Source of the DNA: Spirulina sp.
GTDB lineage: Bacteria; Cyanobacteriota; Cyanobacteriia; Phormidesmidales; Phormidesmidaceae
Assembly: GCA_044070495.1 (NCBI GenBank)
Contig: JBIPSI010000025.1
Location: 1 to 64,000 of the forward strand
Direction: 5' to 3'
Length of the DNA: 64,000 nt
Below the pieces are notes generated by a model, which did not search any database, was not told the DNA's origin, and saw only the letters and a program-made list of their open reading frames with translations. The translations under genes and the position numbers were made by a program. Shown here piece by piece: positions 40,001 to 53,008 of this stretch; within the stretch, counting starts at the first letter, position 1; each line of letters begins with the position of its first letter.

Positions 40001-41804
40001 GGGAACCTGCCGGGGATGGGGCAGCGGAATCCTCGGCTACGGCAGCTACCGGCTCTGGGATGGCAGAGGTCGGGACGGAAGGGGCGAGGGGTGTCGAGGA
40101 GGTCGCGGTGGGCGGCTGGGGGGCGGCGGACGACGAACCCTGAACGACTGCAGGTGGTGCCGAACGGGCGGGCGCTGATGGCAGATCCGCAAAGAAATCA
40201 TCCACATCCGTGGCAATCCCTTCGGCCTGGGGATGAACCGGAGCTACCGTGTCAAAGAAGTCGTCTACCTCAGGGCCGGGGGGCGGAGAGACGGGGGCCG
40301 CATCGGCACTATCAAACAACTCGGCGTCAAAGGCTGGGGTCTCAGGCGCAGCGGTGGCAGAGTCAGGGTCAGTCCTAGGGGGTTCGGGTTCTGCCAACGG
40401 CCCTCCGTCCTCCGTTCCATCGTCTGCGGTTAAGTCGATCTCCAGGGCATTGCCAAACAGACTGACCATGTCATCGTCGAGGTCTTCTGGGGCAGCGGCG
40501 TCCCCGGTTTGAAAGAGATCCGCAAATTCGCTGTCAATGTCGTCGGCACCGAGATCCGGGCTGAGATCACCAACCTCTCCCTCCCCAGCGGGATCCTCTT
40601 CCCAAATATCCCCTAGGCCAATTTGCTCACCCTCAAACAAATCCGCCAGGGTATTGAGTTCATCGGGGCCAACCTGGGGGCCAATGCCCGGATGATGCTG
40701 GCCACTAAAGCCCGATGCCGATCCGACAGTCTCGGCAACCCCATCGAAGTCACTAAACACCGACTCAAGTCCCGCGTCATCGAAGGTGGTGGCATCGGTG
40801 TCGGTAATTTGTTCCAGCCAACTGTCGTCTGACTCTAGACCTAGATTAGCGCTGGGATCAGCCTCGGCGGTGGCAAAGAGATCGGCTAAATCCTCCCCAT
40901 CGCGGCTGTCGGTCAGGGCTTCGGCCAACAGGGCATCGAGGGCAGAATCATCCTCCAGGGTCGAGGGCAGGGGTGGTAGCAAGGCCAACAGCGCCGCCGA
41001 GGCGGCGACCTGACTGACTTGTCCAGCCAGTACCTGATCCTGGGCCTGCTTGAGATCCTTGATGATAATTGGGGCCAGGGAGCGGTAGGTTTCGTCGCGA
41101 TTACCCGCCGCCTGCCCCACCGTTTGCGCAAGCTGACACCACTGGGGCAGTTCTAATTGTTCCCCCAGGCTATACAGGCGTTGGCAAATCTGCGCCAGTT
41201 GCTGACGGGAGGACTCCCCGTCGGCCTGCTTAAAGGTGGCGAGCATTTCCCGCAGCAGTTCTGGGATATCGCTGCGGAAGACGAGCTGAAGGGCGCTGGT
41301 CTCCGGATGGCTGGCGGCCTTGGCGGCGGGGGCTGTAACAGGGGCGGCGGGGGCTGTAACGGGGGCAGCGGTAGGGGCTGTCGTGGCGGCAATGCTGGTG
41401 AGATGGGCCTCGGTTTGGGCAAAGATCGGTTCCAGGTTAGCTAGGATAACTTGCCCCTGCTCCTCGGTTAGGCCGTAGGGACTTTGTAGGTGCTCCAACT
41501 GCTCCTGCAAGCCATCAAAGATTTGCAACAGCATAGACTCTAGGGTTTGGTCGGGGGTGAGGGGTGACTCCTTCATCACCTTGAAGAAGTCTTCCATGCG
41601 GTGGGCAGTGCGCTGCATACTGTTAATCCCCAGCATGGCCGCGCCCCCCTTCACCGAGTGGGCCGCCCGAAACACCTCGTTCGCCATCTCCGTATCGTGG
41701 ATGGTGGCATTGAGATTGAGCAACCCCTGCTCAATGGTGTTGAGGTGATCCTTGGCTTCCTCAATGAAGTACCCTAAGATTCGCTTTTGATCTTCAGGCA
41801 GCAT
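37047..41804 (-). CDS. hmpE: CheA-like hybrid kinase (Hpt-linker-HATPase-CheW-REC), HmpE/PilL type
   Basis: FRAAHSVKG, HLVNNAITHGIE, GRGVGMDVV, C-terminal receiver. Confidence 0.92.
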   Translation of the reverse strand: MLPEDQKRILGYFIEEAKDHLNTIEQGLLNLNATIHDTEMANEVFRAAHSVKGGAAMLGINSMQRTAHRMEDFFKVMKESPLTPDQTLESMLLQIFDGLQEQLEHLQSPYGLTEEQGQVILANLEPIFAQTEAHLTSIAATTAPTAAPVTAPAAPVTAPAAKAASHPETSALQLVFRSDIPELLREMLATFKQADGESSRQQLAQICQRLYSLGEQLELPQWCQLAQTVGQAAGNRDETYRSLAPIIIKDLKQAQDQVLAGQVSQVAASAALLALLPPLPSTLEDDSALDALLAEALTDSRDGEDLADLFATAEADPSANLGLESDDSWLEQITDTDATTFDDAGLESVFSDFDGVAETVGSASGFSGQHHPGIGPQVGPDELNTLADLFEGEQIGLGDIWEEDPAGEGEVGDLSPDLGADDIDSEFADLFQTGDAAAPEDLDDDMVSLFGNALEIDLTADDGTEDGGPLAEPEPPRTDPDSATAAPETPAFDAELFDSADAAPVSPPPGPEVDDFFDTVAPVHPQAEGIATDVDDFFADLPSAPARSAPPAVVQGSSSAAPQPPTATSSTPLAPSVPTSAIPEPVAAVAEDSAAPSPAGSPATPVDVPRAAAPVESELDLLFDQLDQDLTGDVDPDTTDLTQSLTQDVTAAETDPFALADDLELAFGDADPQPTSNDLGIGFGEATLTDDLGLDFDLGHDPDADLDFEGDLAPADLSSNDDLSLDLDFTLDADTFPPADAVSGEAEGEAITDPFGGIDLDSLDLLTEETDLASEVDLGTDFGADFGADVASDLEASAAEPPPSPAPAQEEPEDNWLTELDDLVMDMPPAPGAIANGSASNGSASNGSVATDALDLDDFSDLEALLEDDGPPPAPPVSAPPRSPAPAIADEDSFDDLEKLLEGADQLGGSAPSVVGRRGAGVASGRAPRRAAAVTDQTMRVSVSHLDNLNNLMGELVVNRNSLEQDQEQLRQSLDNLLNQVQQLNDVGQRMRDLYERSLLESSLMANRQAFALGGSGGRGGGNDSGSHATGATFDALEMDRFTGFHTLSQEMIELIVRVREASSDIEMTVDSTDQIARQFRQVTTQLQEGLNKARMVPFGQTADRLPRAVRDISIKCGKEAKLVVEGRDTLVDKMILERLYDPMTHLVNNAITHGIETPEERLAAGKVREGMITVRAFYQGNQTVIYIADNGGGINPAIVKAKALTKGLITAAEAQTMSDIEVYDLLFEPGFSTRDQADDFSGRGVGMDVVRTALADIRGSITIESEVGKGTSFTIRLPLTLSITKALSCINNQARIAFPIDGVEDMFDVPKARVQTDDQGHTSILWRDTLLPLRPLGDLLKFNRILGRGRVYGGSHDEDMMSIVVLRSANSFIGLQVDQVIGEQEIVIKQLEGPVPKPTGIAGATVLGDGRVMPIADVLELIDMATGRVRREAPTSLWNQPEIEEPEDTTVHTEPTVLIVDDSITVRELLSMSFNKVGYRVEQARDGQEAWDKLRSGLPCDLVFCDIEMPRMDGLELLSRLQKDEILSQIPIAMLTSRGADRHRQMAVELGAKGYFTKPYLEEMLLDAAQRMLKGETMISLKES

Positions 41805-41870
41805 GTCGGTTCCCTTCTAAACACTATGCTCGATTTCCCGGAGCCCAAACCCATCAGGGCCAAGGCTTCC

Positions 41871-44534
41871 TCACCCCTCACGTTTGTCCACCTTAAACCG
41901 ATCCACCGAGGTCAGTAGATCGCGGGCAACCCCCACCAGATTTTGCAGCGAAGCCGACACCCGCTGGGCCTCCTGGGAGGTTTCCTGGGCCGTTAGCTCC
42001 ACCGATTGCATCACCTGGGCCACGGCTCTAGAGGTCTCCGTTTGCTCCACGGTGTCGGCGGTAATAGATCGCACCAGCACGTCAATGCGGTTCGACACCT
42101 GAATGATGTCCTCCAGAGATCGCTTGGCCTGTTCCGCTAAGCGGGTACCCTCAATCACCTGCTGGGTGCCCTCCTCCATGGCGGTCATCACGCCGCCGGT
42201 TTCACTCTGAATCTGCAACACGATCTGCTCGATTTCCTTGGAGGCCTTGGCGGCCCGGTCGGCCAGTTGTCGCACCTCATCGGCCACAATGGCAAAGCCC
42301 CGGCCCGCTTCCCCGGCCCGCGCCGCCTCAATGCTGGCGTTGAGGGCCAGTAGGTTCGTCCGGGAGGCAATCTGGGAAATCAAGGCCACAATCTTAGAAA
42401 TTTCCTGGGAGGATTCCGCCAGTCGCTTCACCTTGCGGGTGGTTTCCGCCACCGTTTCGCGGATTTCGAGAATACCGGCCACGGTACGCTCCACCGATTC
42501 CCCGCCCTTGAGCGCGGTGGAGGACGCCGACCGCGCCACTTCCTCGGCCTCGCGGGCGCTCTCGGCCACCCGCTGAATTGAGTCGGTCATCACCTGTACC
42601 GAGTTGAGGGTAACGGCCAGTTCCTCCGCCTGGCGCAGGGCGTCCGCCGATAGGCCTCGGGCAAAAATCTCGTTTTCGGTGGATCCCTTACTCACCTGGC
42701 GCGCCGCCACACTCACCTGTTCCACAATTTCCCGCAGGTTTTGAATGGTGAGATTGAAGGAGTCGGCCACGGCCCCTAGCACGTCGGCGGTTACCTCCGC
42801 CTGCACGGTCAGGTCGCCCCGGGCCGCCCCTTCCACATCGTCTAGGAGCCGGATCACCTGGCGCTGTAGGTCTTCCTTGGCCTGCTCCTGTTCCTGGGCC
42901 TTGCGTTGGGCCTCACTCGTCGTCGTCAGCACCACTCGCGCCATTTTGTTAAAGCTGCTGGAGAGATGGCCAAACTCGTCCTCCGAGAGCACCGTGGCCC
43001 TAGCGGACAGGTTGCCCTGGTGAATCACGGAATCAAACTGGTGCTGGAGATCGCTAATGCTGGCGCGCATCCGGCGCTGGGCCAGATATCCGGCTCCGTA
43101 GGCTGCGCCAAAGCCCCCCAGTCCGGCCCCTAGGGCCATGGCCGCATGAACCACCTTGGGCATTTCGCGGTTGGGCAGGAGGGTGGAGGCGGTAAAGTTC
43201 ACGATGCCCACCGTGAGGGCAGAGGCGACCCCAGCGGTAACAGCAACGATCAGATTTTTGCTGGGCAGGGGGGCGTTGTCTAAAAAGGCGAGCCAGTCTT
43301 GTTCTTGGGTGGCGGCTACCTCATCATCGTCGGTTTGGGTAAACACCGGCAGGCTATCGGCGGATCCCGCAATGCTGAAGATCTCGTCGTCGCTGAGGGA
43401 GGTTTGATCGTTGACGCCACTGATATCGAAGGCGGAGACCCCCGCACTGAAGTCGGCGGCATCGTCGGTGGAACTGAGCCCAGAAGCCCCCACGGAGGGA
43501 GTCGTAAACCCCGCCGAGCTATCGGACAGTTCGAAGTCTGGCAAGCTACCGAGGTCGTCAAATTCGCTGAATTCATCCAGAAAATCGACGTTATTCGTCG
43601 CTCCATCCTCCCGATCTAGGGTGGAGGCGGTGCCAAATCCGTTCTGGTCAAAGTCTCCATGGCCGGAGGCGCTGCCAAACCCAGGGTCGCCCAGGCCCGC
43701 ATCCGGGGCAAAGACCGTCATATCATCGCTGCCATCGTCATCCACCATGGCTGGCCAAGACTCTTCTATCCCCAAGCCGTCCTCGTCATCGTCAAAGCTG
43801 ACAAACACCGAGGCATTGCCCGCTGGTTCACCGCCTGGGGCGGTATCAAAACTCAGATCTTGATCGGCGGTGGCAAAGGGATCTTGACGGCTAAAGCTGA
43901 GGGGATCGTCCTCCTCCTCAAAGGTAAAGTCTCCCAAGTCGTCGTCCGCTGGGCCAAAGCCGGACTCGCCTCCTAGAAAGGGGTTATCGGCCAAACCGCT
44001 GGAACCCAAATCGCTACTGTCAACGGGGGCAAAGGGGTTAGACGCTGCGTCCGCCAAGGATCTATCTACCAAGCCCGTGGCTTCGTCTTCCTCCATGGAA
44101 AAGGCCCCCAGATCGAGATCCTCATCCCACTGGTCATCCCCATTGAGGGCGTTATTGTTGCCCAGGGTATCAAAGCCGTCGTTCCCCGCCGCATCGAAGA
44201 AGGTCTTGTCCGTTGTATCGCTGCCGTCAAAACTGACGCGGCCTGGGCCAGCATTACCCAAAAACTGACTGACGTAGTCTAAGCCGCTGGTAGCGTAGTC
44301 CACAAACTCGGAATCGGAGGTGCAGGCCAGGACGTTGCTATACTGCTCACTGGCTACCTCATACTGTTGTAGGCCGTAGCAGTAGATGTGGCCCCGCAGC
44401 AGCAGCACGCTAGGATCCTCGGGATACTCCTCTGCCAACGCGTCGATAACAGCAGCGGCATCCTGATAGTTGCCTTGGATATAGGCCCTCTCAGCTTTCT
44501 GATAAGCTTGAGAGTAATCAATGCCTGAAGCCAT
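41871..44534 (-). CDS. hmpD: TPR-HAMP methyl-accepting chemotaxis protein, HmpD/PilJ type
   Basis: N-terminal TPR, two TM helices, [34 protein letters not shown]. Confidence 0.93.
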   Translation of the reverse strand: MASGIDYSQAYQKAERAYIQGNYQDAAAVIDALAEEYPEDPSVLLLRGHIYCYGLQQYEVASEQYSNVLACTSDSEFVDYATSGLDYVSQFLGNAGPGRVSFDGSDTTDKTFFDAAGNDGFDTLGNNNALNGDDQWDEDLDLGAFSMEEDEATGLVDRSLADAASNPFAPVDSSDLGSSGLADNPFLGGESGFGPADDDLGDFTFEEEDDPLSFSRQDPFATADQDLSFDTAPGGEPAGNASVFVSFDDDEDGLGIEESWPAMVDDDGSDDMTVFAPDAGLGDPGFGSASGHGDFDQNGFGTASTLDREDGATNNVDFLDEFSEFDDLGSLPDFELSDSSAGFTTPSVGASGLSSTDDAADFSAGVSAFDISGVNDQTSLSDDEIFSIAGSADSLPVFTQTDDDEVAATQEQDWLAFLDNAPLPSKNLIVAVTAGVASALTVGIVNFTASTLLPNREMPKVVHAAMALGAGLGGFGAAYGAGYLAQRRMRASISDLQHQFDSVIHQGNLSARATVLSEDEFGHLSSSFNKMARVVLTTTSEAQRKAQEQEQAKEDLQRQVIRLLDDVEGAARGDLTVQAEVTADVLGAVADSFNLTIQNLREIVEQVSVAARQVSKGSTENEIFARGLSADALRQAEELAVTLNSVQVMTDSIQRVAESAREAEEVARSASSTALKGGESVERTVAGILEIRETVAETTRKVKRLAESSQEISKIVALISQIASRTNLLALNASIEAARAGEAGRGFAIVADEVRQLADRAAKASKEIEQIVLQIQSETGGVMTAMEEGTQQVIEGTRLAEQAKRSLEDIIQVSNRIDVLVRSITADTVEQTETSRAVAQVMQSVELTAQETSQEAQRVSASLQNLVGVARDLLTSVDRFKVDKREG

Positions 44535-44595
44535 AACCTTCTCCTGCCAATGCCATTGCTATAAGGATGAAGAGACGCCCGAACTTCCCTAGGGG

Positions 44596-45126
44596 CTAGG
44601 TGGCCCACCGGGCCGAGCGAATCACCGCCACATGATCCAATAATCTCAGGGTTTTGTTGTCCTCGGCGGGCAATACCCACTCACCCCGCAGAAAGGGGGC
44701 CATGGTGTCGGGGCTGGTGCTAGACACCCGAGTTTTATCGGGATTGAGCCAGCGAGTACCCACAATCCGGTTGACGGCTAAGCCTAACATAGTTCCTTGA
44801 TCCTCAACCGCTATCACGGAAATCTCAGGACGATCCGTATTGAGCAGAGAACTATAGCCCAAAAACTGGCCCAGATCAGCGACCCAAACCACTCGCCCCT
44901 GTTCATTTAGGGTACCCAATAGCAGGTGGGAAACGTTAGGAATCGGGGTAATCCGGTCGGGGGGTTGCTCAATAATGCGGCGAATGCCGGTGGCGGGTAG
45001 GGCAAACTCATCCTCAGCGGTGACGAAAAATCGGAGAAATAACTCCCCTTCCGGCGTTTCAAGCTCTTGGAGTTCCGGATCTTGATCCTGTCCGGCCTGG
45101 GTTAGAAAATCGGGATTGCCTACCAT
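44596..45126 (-). CDS. hmpC: CheW, HmpC/PilI type
   Basis: ITPIPNV..LLGTLN.QGRVVWVADL; cluster context. Confidence 0.9.
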   Translation of the reverse strand: MVGNPDFLTQAGQDQDPELQELETPEGELFLRFFVTAEDEFALPATGIRRIIEQPPDRITPIPNVSHLLLGTLNEQGRVVWVADLGQFLGYSSLLNTDRPEISVIAVEDQGTMLGLAVNRIVGTRWLNPDKTRVSSTSPDTMAPFLRGEWVLPAEDNKTLRLLDHVAVIRSARWAT

Positions 45127-45174
45127 GGTTTCGCCTCGATACGTCGATCTCACCTCAATGCGTTGCGGTCTTCG

Positions 45175-45540
45175 CTATCCTCGCAGCAGTTGTTTAACGG
45201 TGCCCACCAGTTCGGCAGGCTGAAAGGGCTTAGCAATATAGGCATCGGCCCCCTGCTTCATGCCCCAATAGCGATCAAACTCCTCCCCCTTGGAGGAACA
45301 TAGCACCACCGGCACATGCTGGGTTGCGGGGTCTGCCTTTAGCTTACGGCACAGTTCATAGCCATTCATACGGGGCATGACGATGTCCAGCACAATCACA
45401 TCCGGGAGTTGGCGCTGAATGTGATCGAGGGCCTCCACCCCATCTCCGGCGGTGGACACTTTCAGGCCAATGCCCCGCAGTAGATCCGTAATCATTTCCC
45501 GCTGCGGCAGGCTATCCTCTACCACCAACACTGTGCTCAT
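45175..45540 (-). CDS. hmpB: CheY-like response regulator, HmpB/PilH type
   Basis: LDIVMP, DRYWGMKQGADAYIAKPF. Confidence 0.92.
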   Translation of the reverse strand: MSTVLVVEDSLPQREMITDLLRGIGLKVSTAGDGVEALDHIQRQLPDVIVLDIVMPRMNGYELCRKLKADPATQHVPVVLCSSKGEEFDRYWGMKQGADAYIAKPFQPAELVGTVKQLLRG

Positions 45541-45827
45541 AGTCCGAATCCATCCGAGGCCCACAAGGGGGTAAGGGTATACCCAGGGAAGGCCATGGGC
45601 CGAAGACCAGCCAAGCTCTCCTCCGCATCCACAGCACCCTACTTATAACGTACCCGCAAACTCCCCAAGCGGATGCACCGGCTTAGCATGACACCGCCCC
45701 TAACCTAGGGCCGATGGTTCAAATTATGGCGAATCTTGATGAACTTGACGGGCCTAGGCAATAAATACTTATGAAACCCCAACAAAATTCCCGGTGCATT
45801 CCGACCATGGCGGGGTGAGATAGGCTC

Positions 45828-47102
45828 CTAACGGGAGACCGGAATGCTGCTCAAGTCGAGATCCATATCTTCCTCCAGGGCATCGGCCAGGAGCTTGTCG
45901 GGGCGGGGGCGATCCGGATCTCCGGGGCCGACGTATTTTTCCACTAAGGCCAGCAGTTCACCGGGGCCAAAGGGTTTTGTGAGATAGTCGTTGGCCCCGA
46001 CCATGCGGGCCTTGACGCGATCTAGAAACCCATCTTTTCCGGTGAGCATCACCATGGGCGTTTGCCGAAAGGCGCTGGCATGGCGCAGCATGGCGCACAG
46101 TTCGTAGCCGTCGAGTTCCGGCATGGCAATGTCGCAGAGGATCAAGTCGGGCTGAAGCTGAAACAGCAACCCCAGGGCCTTGAGGGGATTGCCAATGGAG
46201 GTGGCTTCGTAGCCTTGGCCGTCTAGGATGCGCTCCACGGTTTGGCGAATGGTGGCGCTGTCATCGACGCAGACAATGCGCGGCAACCGCTGGGGCCACA
46301 CTCGCACCACGGGGGTCTGGGATCCGCTGCGGCTGGCGGGCTGCACTAGGGTGACATAGCCCTGCTGCATGGAGGGCACCAGCAGACGGGCTACGGTCAC
46401 CAGATCGCGGTTGAGGTAACGGGCGATCTGCCGCAGGGAGGTTTGCCCATCTAGCCAGGGCTGAAGCCGCCGATAGGCTGCCTCGGACAGACTGGCCCGA
46501 AAGGCCTCAGGATCGACGAGCAGCGGGCATTGATCGGGGGATTGCAGTTGGGGATGGAGCTTGTGCCAGGTTTGGATTTGTTGGGTTAGCCCGGTGACCA
46601 AGGAACTCACCTTGTGGGTCATGAGCTGAGGACTGAGGGCAGAGCTAAGCTGAAACACAAAGGATCCCTGACGCAGGCTGAGCAGGTCGAAGAGGGTTTC
46701 TCGCACCATGTGGCTGAGGATGGCGCGGCCCTGGTCGGGGGTCAGCAAATGCTGCTCTAGCATGGCCCAGAGGGTGCCATACTCTAGGGAATTAAGGGCG
46801 GCAATGGCCGAAATCGTGCTGGGATCGGGCAGGGATTTGTCGATGCCGTAGCGGTGGAGGTGATCCTTCAGGCGATGGAGATTGTTGTCGGTGGTGCCCG
46901 CATACACGAGGCGACCATTGGCCAAAAACACTAGCCAAGACTGGGTGGCTTCCGCCAAATCAGGGCCACCATCCGCACTCCGGCCTAGATATTTAGAAGG
47001 ATTGGCCGCATAGCTCTCTAGGTACAGCTCTCCGGTGCGCTGCCCCAGTTCGATAAGCTGCAAAATGCTGCGAATATCAATTTCAGACAAATAGCCCTGC
47101 AT
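45828..47102 (-). CDS. hmpA: PatA-family (PATAN + REC) response regulator, HmpA/PilG type
   Basis: MQGYLSEIDIRSILQLIELGQRTGEL and C-terminal receiver. Confidence 0.9.
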   Translation of the reverse strand: MQGYLSEIDIRSILQLIELGQRTGELYLESYAANPSKYLGRSADGGPDLAEATQSWLVFLANGRLVYAGTTDNNLHRLKDHLHRYGIDKSLPDPSTISAIAALNSLEYGTLWAMLEQHLLTPDQGRAILSHMVRETLFDLLSLRQGSFVFQLSSALSPQLMTHKVSSLVTGLTQQIQTWHKLHPQLQSPDQCPLLVDPEAFRASLSEAAYRRLQPWLDGQTSLRQIARYLNRDLVTVARLLVPSMQQGYVTLVQPASRSGSQTPVVRVWPQRLPRIVCVDDSATIRQTVERILDGQGYEATSIGNPLKALGLLFQLQPDLILCDIAMPELDGYELCAMLRHASAFRQTPMVMLTGKDGFLDRVKARMVGANDYLTKPFGPGELLALVEKYVGPGDPDRPRPDKLLADALEEDMDLDLSSIPVSR

Positions 47103-47768
47103 GCAGCAACACGGTGTAGGGAGGTTGAAGGCGGGGGCTAGGGGAACGGGAGAAACTTCGATTCAGCGATCTTCAAGGATCCATAGGGCATCCACGGGTG
47201 TTAACCCCAGCTTCCCTAATAGTATAGGTCTGATACCGGTTTGGTGCACAGTTTTCGTGTTTCGTGACCGTCGCTTTGCCTCCCCTGCGGAACAGCGTTC
47301 ACCGTTTGGCCAATCTCGACGCACCGAACGGAGTCAGCAACCCAGCCCCATGGACGGCTCCAGGGAGAGGACGTAGGGAATTACGGTTGCTCCGGCCAAA
47401 ATTGGTTAAGATCCAGAGTGTGTGTTCGACTGGTCTCGGCGATTCCTCCGGATGTCCTGCGTCCCAATGGTCTACTAGAGATATATTTGGACATAGGTTA
47501 CCCGCCGCCGCCCCAGTGGCCTACGGTTCACAATAGGCTGACCCCAGCGTGAGGTTCCCCTTCATCGATTGGGATCGCTCTATATTAAGACACTAAGTTT
47601 CTGAGGCCGAGGCGTTATGGTAGCAGTGGGGGCATGGCCCTTCCCCTAGCGGATTCAAGTCGGCCCCGCCCAGACAGCCCGCCCCTACCTTCGTTACCTG
47701 TGTGACGGCCAACGGTCGCTTCTTTAGATTAAATGCTTCACGGTTAAAGTTAACGAGGATCAAGCAGC

Positions 47769-49529
47769 GTGCTGTACTTAGCAGAAGTTCAGAAAAAGGC
47801 CGGATTCATTGGTAGCGGCAAACCCGAATTTAAGCTGCTAGCGTGCCAGCGCAACGAGTACAGTTGGAGCGCCGTGACCGGGGAGGAAACCCTTATCGCC
47901 CCCGACGATGCCTCCTACAACGCCGGAGCCTTGGTGATGGTAGAGGTGAGCGGCAGTCGCCAGGTACAGCGCCACTACGAAGCGGGGCGCACCCTCACCA
48001 ACATTCTGCAAACCTTTTCCAACCTCAGCAAAAAATCGAAGACCCAGGAAGAGGAAATTGAGCAGTGGAAGCAGTCGCTCACCTTCCAAAGCCAGGAACT
48101 GAATCGGCGGGAAATGGAAATTGAGGCCCGCCAGGAACAGCTCGAACAGGCCGAGGCCGACCTAGAAAAAGTAGAGGCCCAGCGCCAGGAATTGGAGACC
48201 CTGCGCCAAAGCCTCGCCCAGCAGCAGGAGGAACTAGAGCGCAAAAATAAAGACTTAGAGGGAGCCTGGGCACAGCTCAATGGAGAGATGCGTCGCCTGG
48301 AGGAGCGGAAGGCGGAGGAAACCCCAGCGGCGGGGCTGGATCAGGCCCAGGTGGATCAGATTCAAGGGGTGCTCAACCGCCTGACGGAAGCGGTGATGCC
48401 CATGGAGGCCCTGCGGGAGCCTTTAGCCAACGCCAATGACGGCCTATCGTACCACCAGGGTCTTCTCAGCGACTATCGTCAGGCCCTAGAAGGCCAGCGC
48501 CAAGGCCTAGAGCGTCAGCAGCAGGAAATCGATCAGCAGCGCATTGAGCTGGCCCAGCGCTGGGCCGACTGGCACCAATCCCAGGCTGCTCTCGGCGCTC
48601 AGCGGGAGGATCTCAAGCTGCGTCAACAATCCCTGAAGCAGCAGCAGGAGGACATTGAGCGGTTTTCCAAAACCCTTCAGGCCCAGGGCAACCTGCACCA
48701 GCAACTCTACGATCTGCTGAACACCAGCGATAAGGTACGCCTCAGCAAAAAGGTGGATGTGGCGGCCCTAGAGGCGATGCCCCTAGATGGTTTGGCCACC
48801 CTGGTGGGCGACTTAGAAAAGGACATGGAAAAGGTGTCTCGGTTTGTCTCGGATCAAGAGGAAGAATTAACCCTAGAACGCCAAGCCATCGACGAAATTA
48901 AGGTACGCATGGAGCAGGCCAACGAGTTCGAACGCCTGCAAATTGAAACCGAACTCGAAGAAGAGCAGGATCGCTACCAAATGCTGAACGAAACCCTGGT
49001 GGGCCAGCGGCGCAACCTGCTAGAGCGGGAGGAAATTCTCAGCCAGCACCAGGCGGTGCTGCGGCGGCGGCAAGGGCTGGCGGTGGAGGAGGCCCCCGTT
49101 AATGCCGTGGACTTGGAACCCCTGCTGAACACCGTGGATGAGCAGCGCCAACAGACCGTTGATACCCTCCAAGCCCTAGAAGCGGCGGCCAAGCAAACCC
49201 AAGAAGGCATCGGCCCCTTGAAGGAAGCCATTGCAGCCCAGGAGGCCGATCTCGCCAATCGCCGCAGTGAGATTGAAACCTTTGAGGCCGAACTGAATCT
49301 ACGGCAGCAGGAATTGGCGGCCCTGACGGGCAAGCTAGCGGTGTGCGAAGAGCTGCTGAACCCCGCCCAGGACAGCAGCAACGGGCTGCGCCAATCCCTT
49401 GAATCGATGGCCGCAGGGGTGACGAAGGTACAAGAATTCAACGACTATCAACTCCAGGCCATTGCCGAGCTGCGCCAGACCGTGATGAATGCAGTGGACG
49501 CAGCGACGCATCAAATGGCGGCTTCCTAG
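47769..49529 (+). CDS. hmpF: coiled-coil pilus motility protein HmpF
   Basis: MLYLAEVQK, KLLACQR, EEIEQWKQSLTFQSQEL; divergent from the che cluster. Confidence 0.9.
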   Translation: MLYLAEVQKKAGFIGSGKPEFKLLACQRNEYSWSAVTGEETLIAPDDASYNAGALVMVEVSGSRQVQRHYEAGRTLTNILQTFSNLSKKSKTQEEEIEQWKQSLTFQSQELNRREMEIEARQEQLEQAEADLEKVEAQRQELETLRQSLAQQQEELERKNKDLEGAWAQLNGEMRRLEERKAEETPAAGLDQAQVDQIQGVLNRLTEAVMPMEALREPLANANDGLSYHQGLLSDYRQALEGQRQGLERQQQEIDQQRIELAQRWADWHQSQAALGAQREDLKLRQQSLKQQQEDIERFSKTLQAQGNLHQQLYDLLNTSDKVRLSKKVDVAALEAMPLDGLATLVGDLEKDMEKVSRFVSDQEEELTLERQAIDEIKVRMEQANEFERLQIETELEEEQDRYQMLNETLVGQRRNLLEREEILSQHQAVLRRRQGLAVEEAPVNAVDLEPLLNTVDEQRQQTVDTLQALEAAAKQTQEGIGPLKEAIAAQEADLANRRSEIETFEAELNLRQQELAALTGKLAVCEELLNPAQDSSNGLRQSLESMAAGVTKVQEFNDYQLQAIAELRQTVMNAVDAATHQMAAS

Positions 49530-49618
49530 CCGTTGACTGCCCTATCGGGGGTTTGGGGCTGTGCCCGTGGTACCGTTAAACCGCTGTCCTACGCTTTTTT
49601 GAAGGGGTTTTCCTGCCC

Positions 49619-52095
<2,477 letters not shown>

Positions 52096-52125
52096 GCTTT
52101 TTCTCAAGGACATTCTCTGGGTGGT

Positions 52126-52200
52126 GCATTGCTTCGTGTTGGCGTCAGCCTCGCCCCGGCGTTATGCACCCTACGGCCCATCCCCCCATCCCCCCATCCT
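52126..52200. repeat. REP-like hairpin plus (CCCATCCC)x3 tandem
   Basis: GGTGCAT...ATGCACC-CTAC, then octamers at 52177-52200. Confidence 0.6.
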
Positions 52201-52204
52201 CCCT

Positions 52205-53008
52205 ATGAACCCATCACTCTGGCAATGGGCCGATTTCAATGGCCATCCCTTCCTCACCTGCGACCTGCTGAGCCCTTGGCACCACGGCTTTTTTACCCGC
52301 AGTTTTTGGCCCCAGGTACCGGAGGATTTAACCCCGGTGCTCCATCCTGAGGCGGCGGTGCAGCGGGTGAAGCAAGTCCACGGTAATCGGGTATTGACCC
52401 CGACGGATATGGCCCAAATCGCACCCGAATCAGGCCATCCCGAAGCCGATGCCCTCATGAGTGACGGCCCCAACCAGGCGCTTTGGGTCTGCTCGGCAGA
52501 CTGTAACCCCGTGCTGATTGGCGATTGTGCCACGGGCCACACGGCGGCAATCCATGCCGGATGGCGCGGCACAGCCCTGAAGATTGTGCCCCAGGCGGTG
52601 GCGAAAATGCAGGCCCAGGGTAGTCGGCTAGAGGATCTACGGGTCGCGATTGGTCCCGCCATTGATGGGGAAGTGTACCAGGTCGCCACGTCCGTTGCTG
52701 CCGAGGTGGGCCGCACCATTATTCCGGCAGATGCAGTCCCGGTTGATCCTGACTCCGATGAAGCCCTGGTAGACACCCTGCAATCCCTAGAAAATTCCCC
52801 CCTTCTACCCGATGAGGAACCCGGTAAGGCGCGGCTGGATGTGCGTCAGGTGAATGTCTGGCAGTTGACCCAACTGGGCCTCAGTGGAGCACAAATTGCC
52901 GTCGCCCCCCACTGCACATTTCAGGAACCGGAACGATTTTTTTCCTACCGCCGCACAGGGGAAAAGCAGGTGCAATGGTCGGGCATTGTCAGCCAAGGGA
53001 TGGCCTAA
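52205..53008 (+). CDS. pgeF: PgeF/YfiH multicopper-oxidase-like protein
   Basis: QVHG, ADAL, ADC.PVL, AAIHAGWRG, CT....FFSYRR. Confidence 0.93.
   Translation: MNPSLWQWADFNGHPFLTCDLLSPWHHGFFTRSFWPQVPEDLTPVLHPEAAVQRVKQVHGNRVLTPTDMAQIAPESGHPEADALMSDGPNQALWVCSADCNPVLIGDCATGHTAAIHAGWRGTALKIVPQAVAKMQAQGSRLEDLRVAIGPAIDGEVYQVATSVAAEVGRTIIPADAVPVDPDSDEALVDTLQSLENSPLLPDEEPGKARLDVRQVNVWQLTQLGLSGAQIAVAPHCTFQEPERFFSYRRTGEKQVQWSGIVSQGMA

Noticed and set aside
47101..47768. Small ORFs or an sRNA in the long hmpA-hmpF intergenic region
   Set aside because: No recognisable motif, RBS or terminator; best explained as divergent promoters
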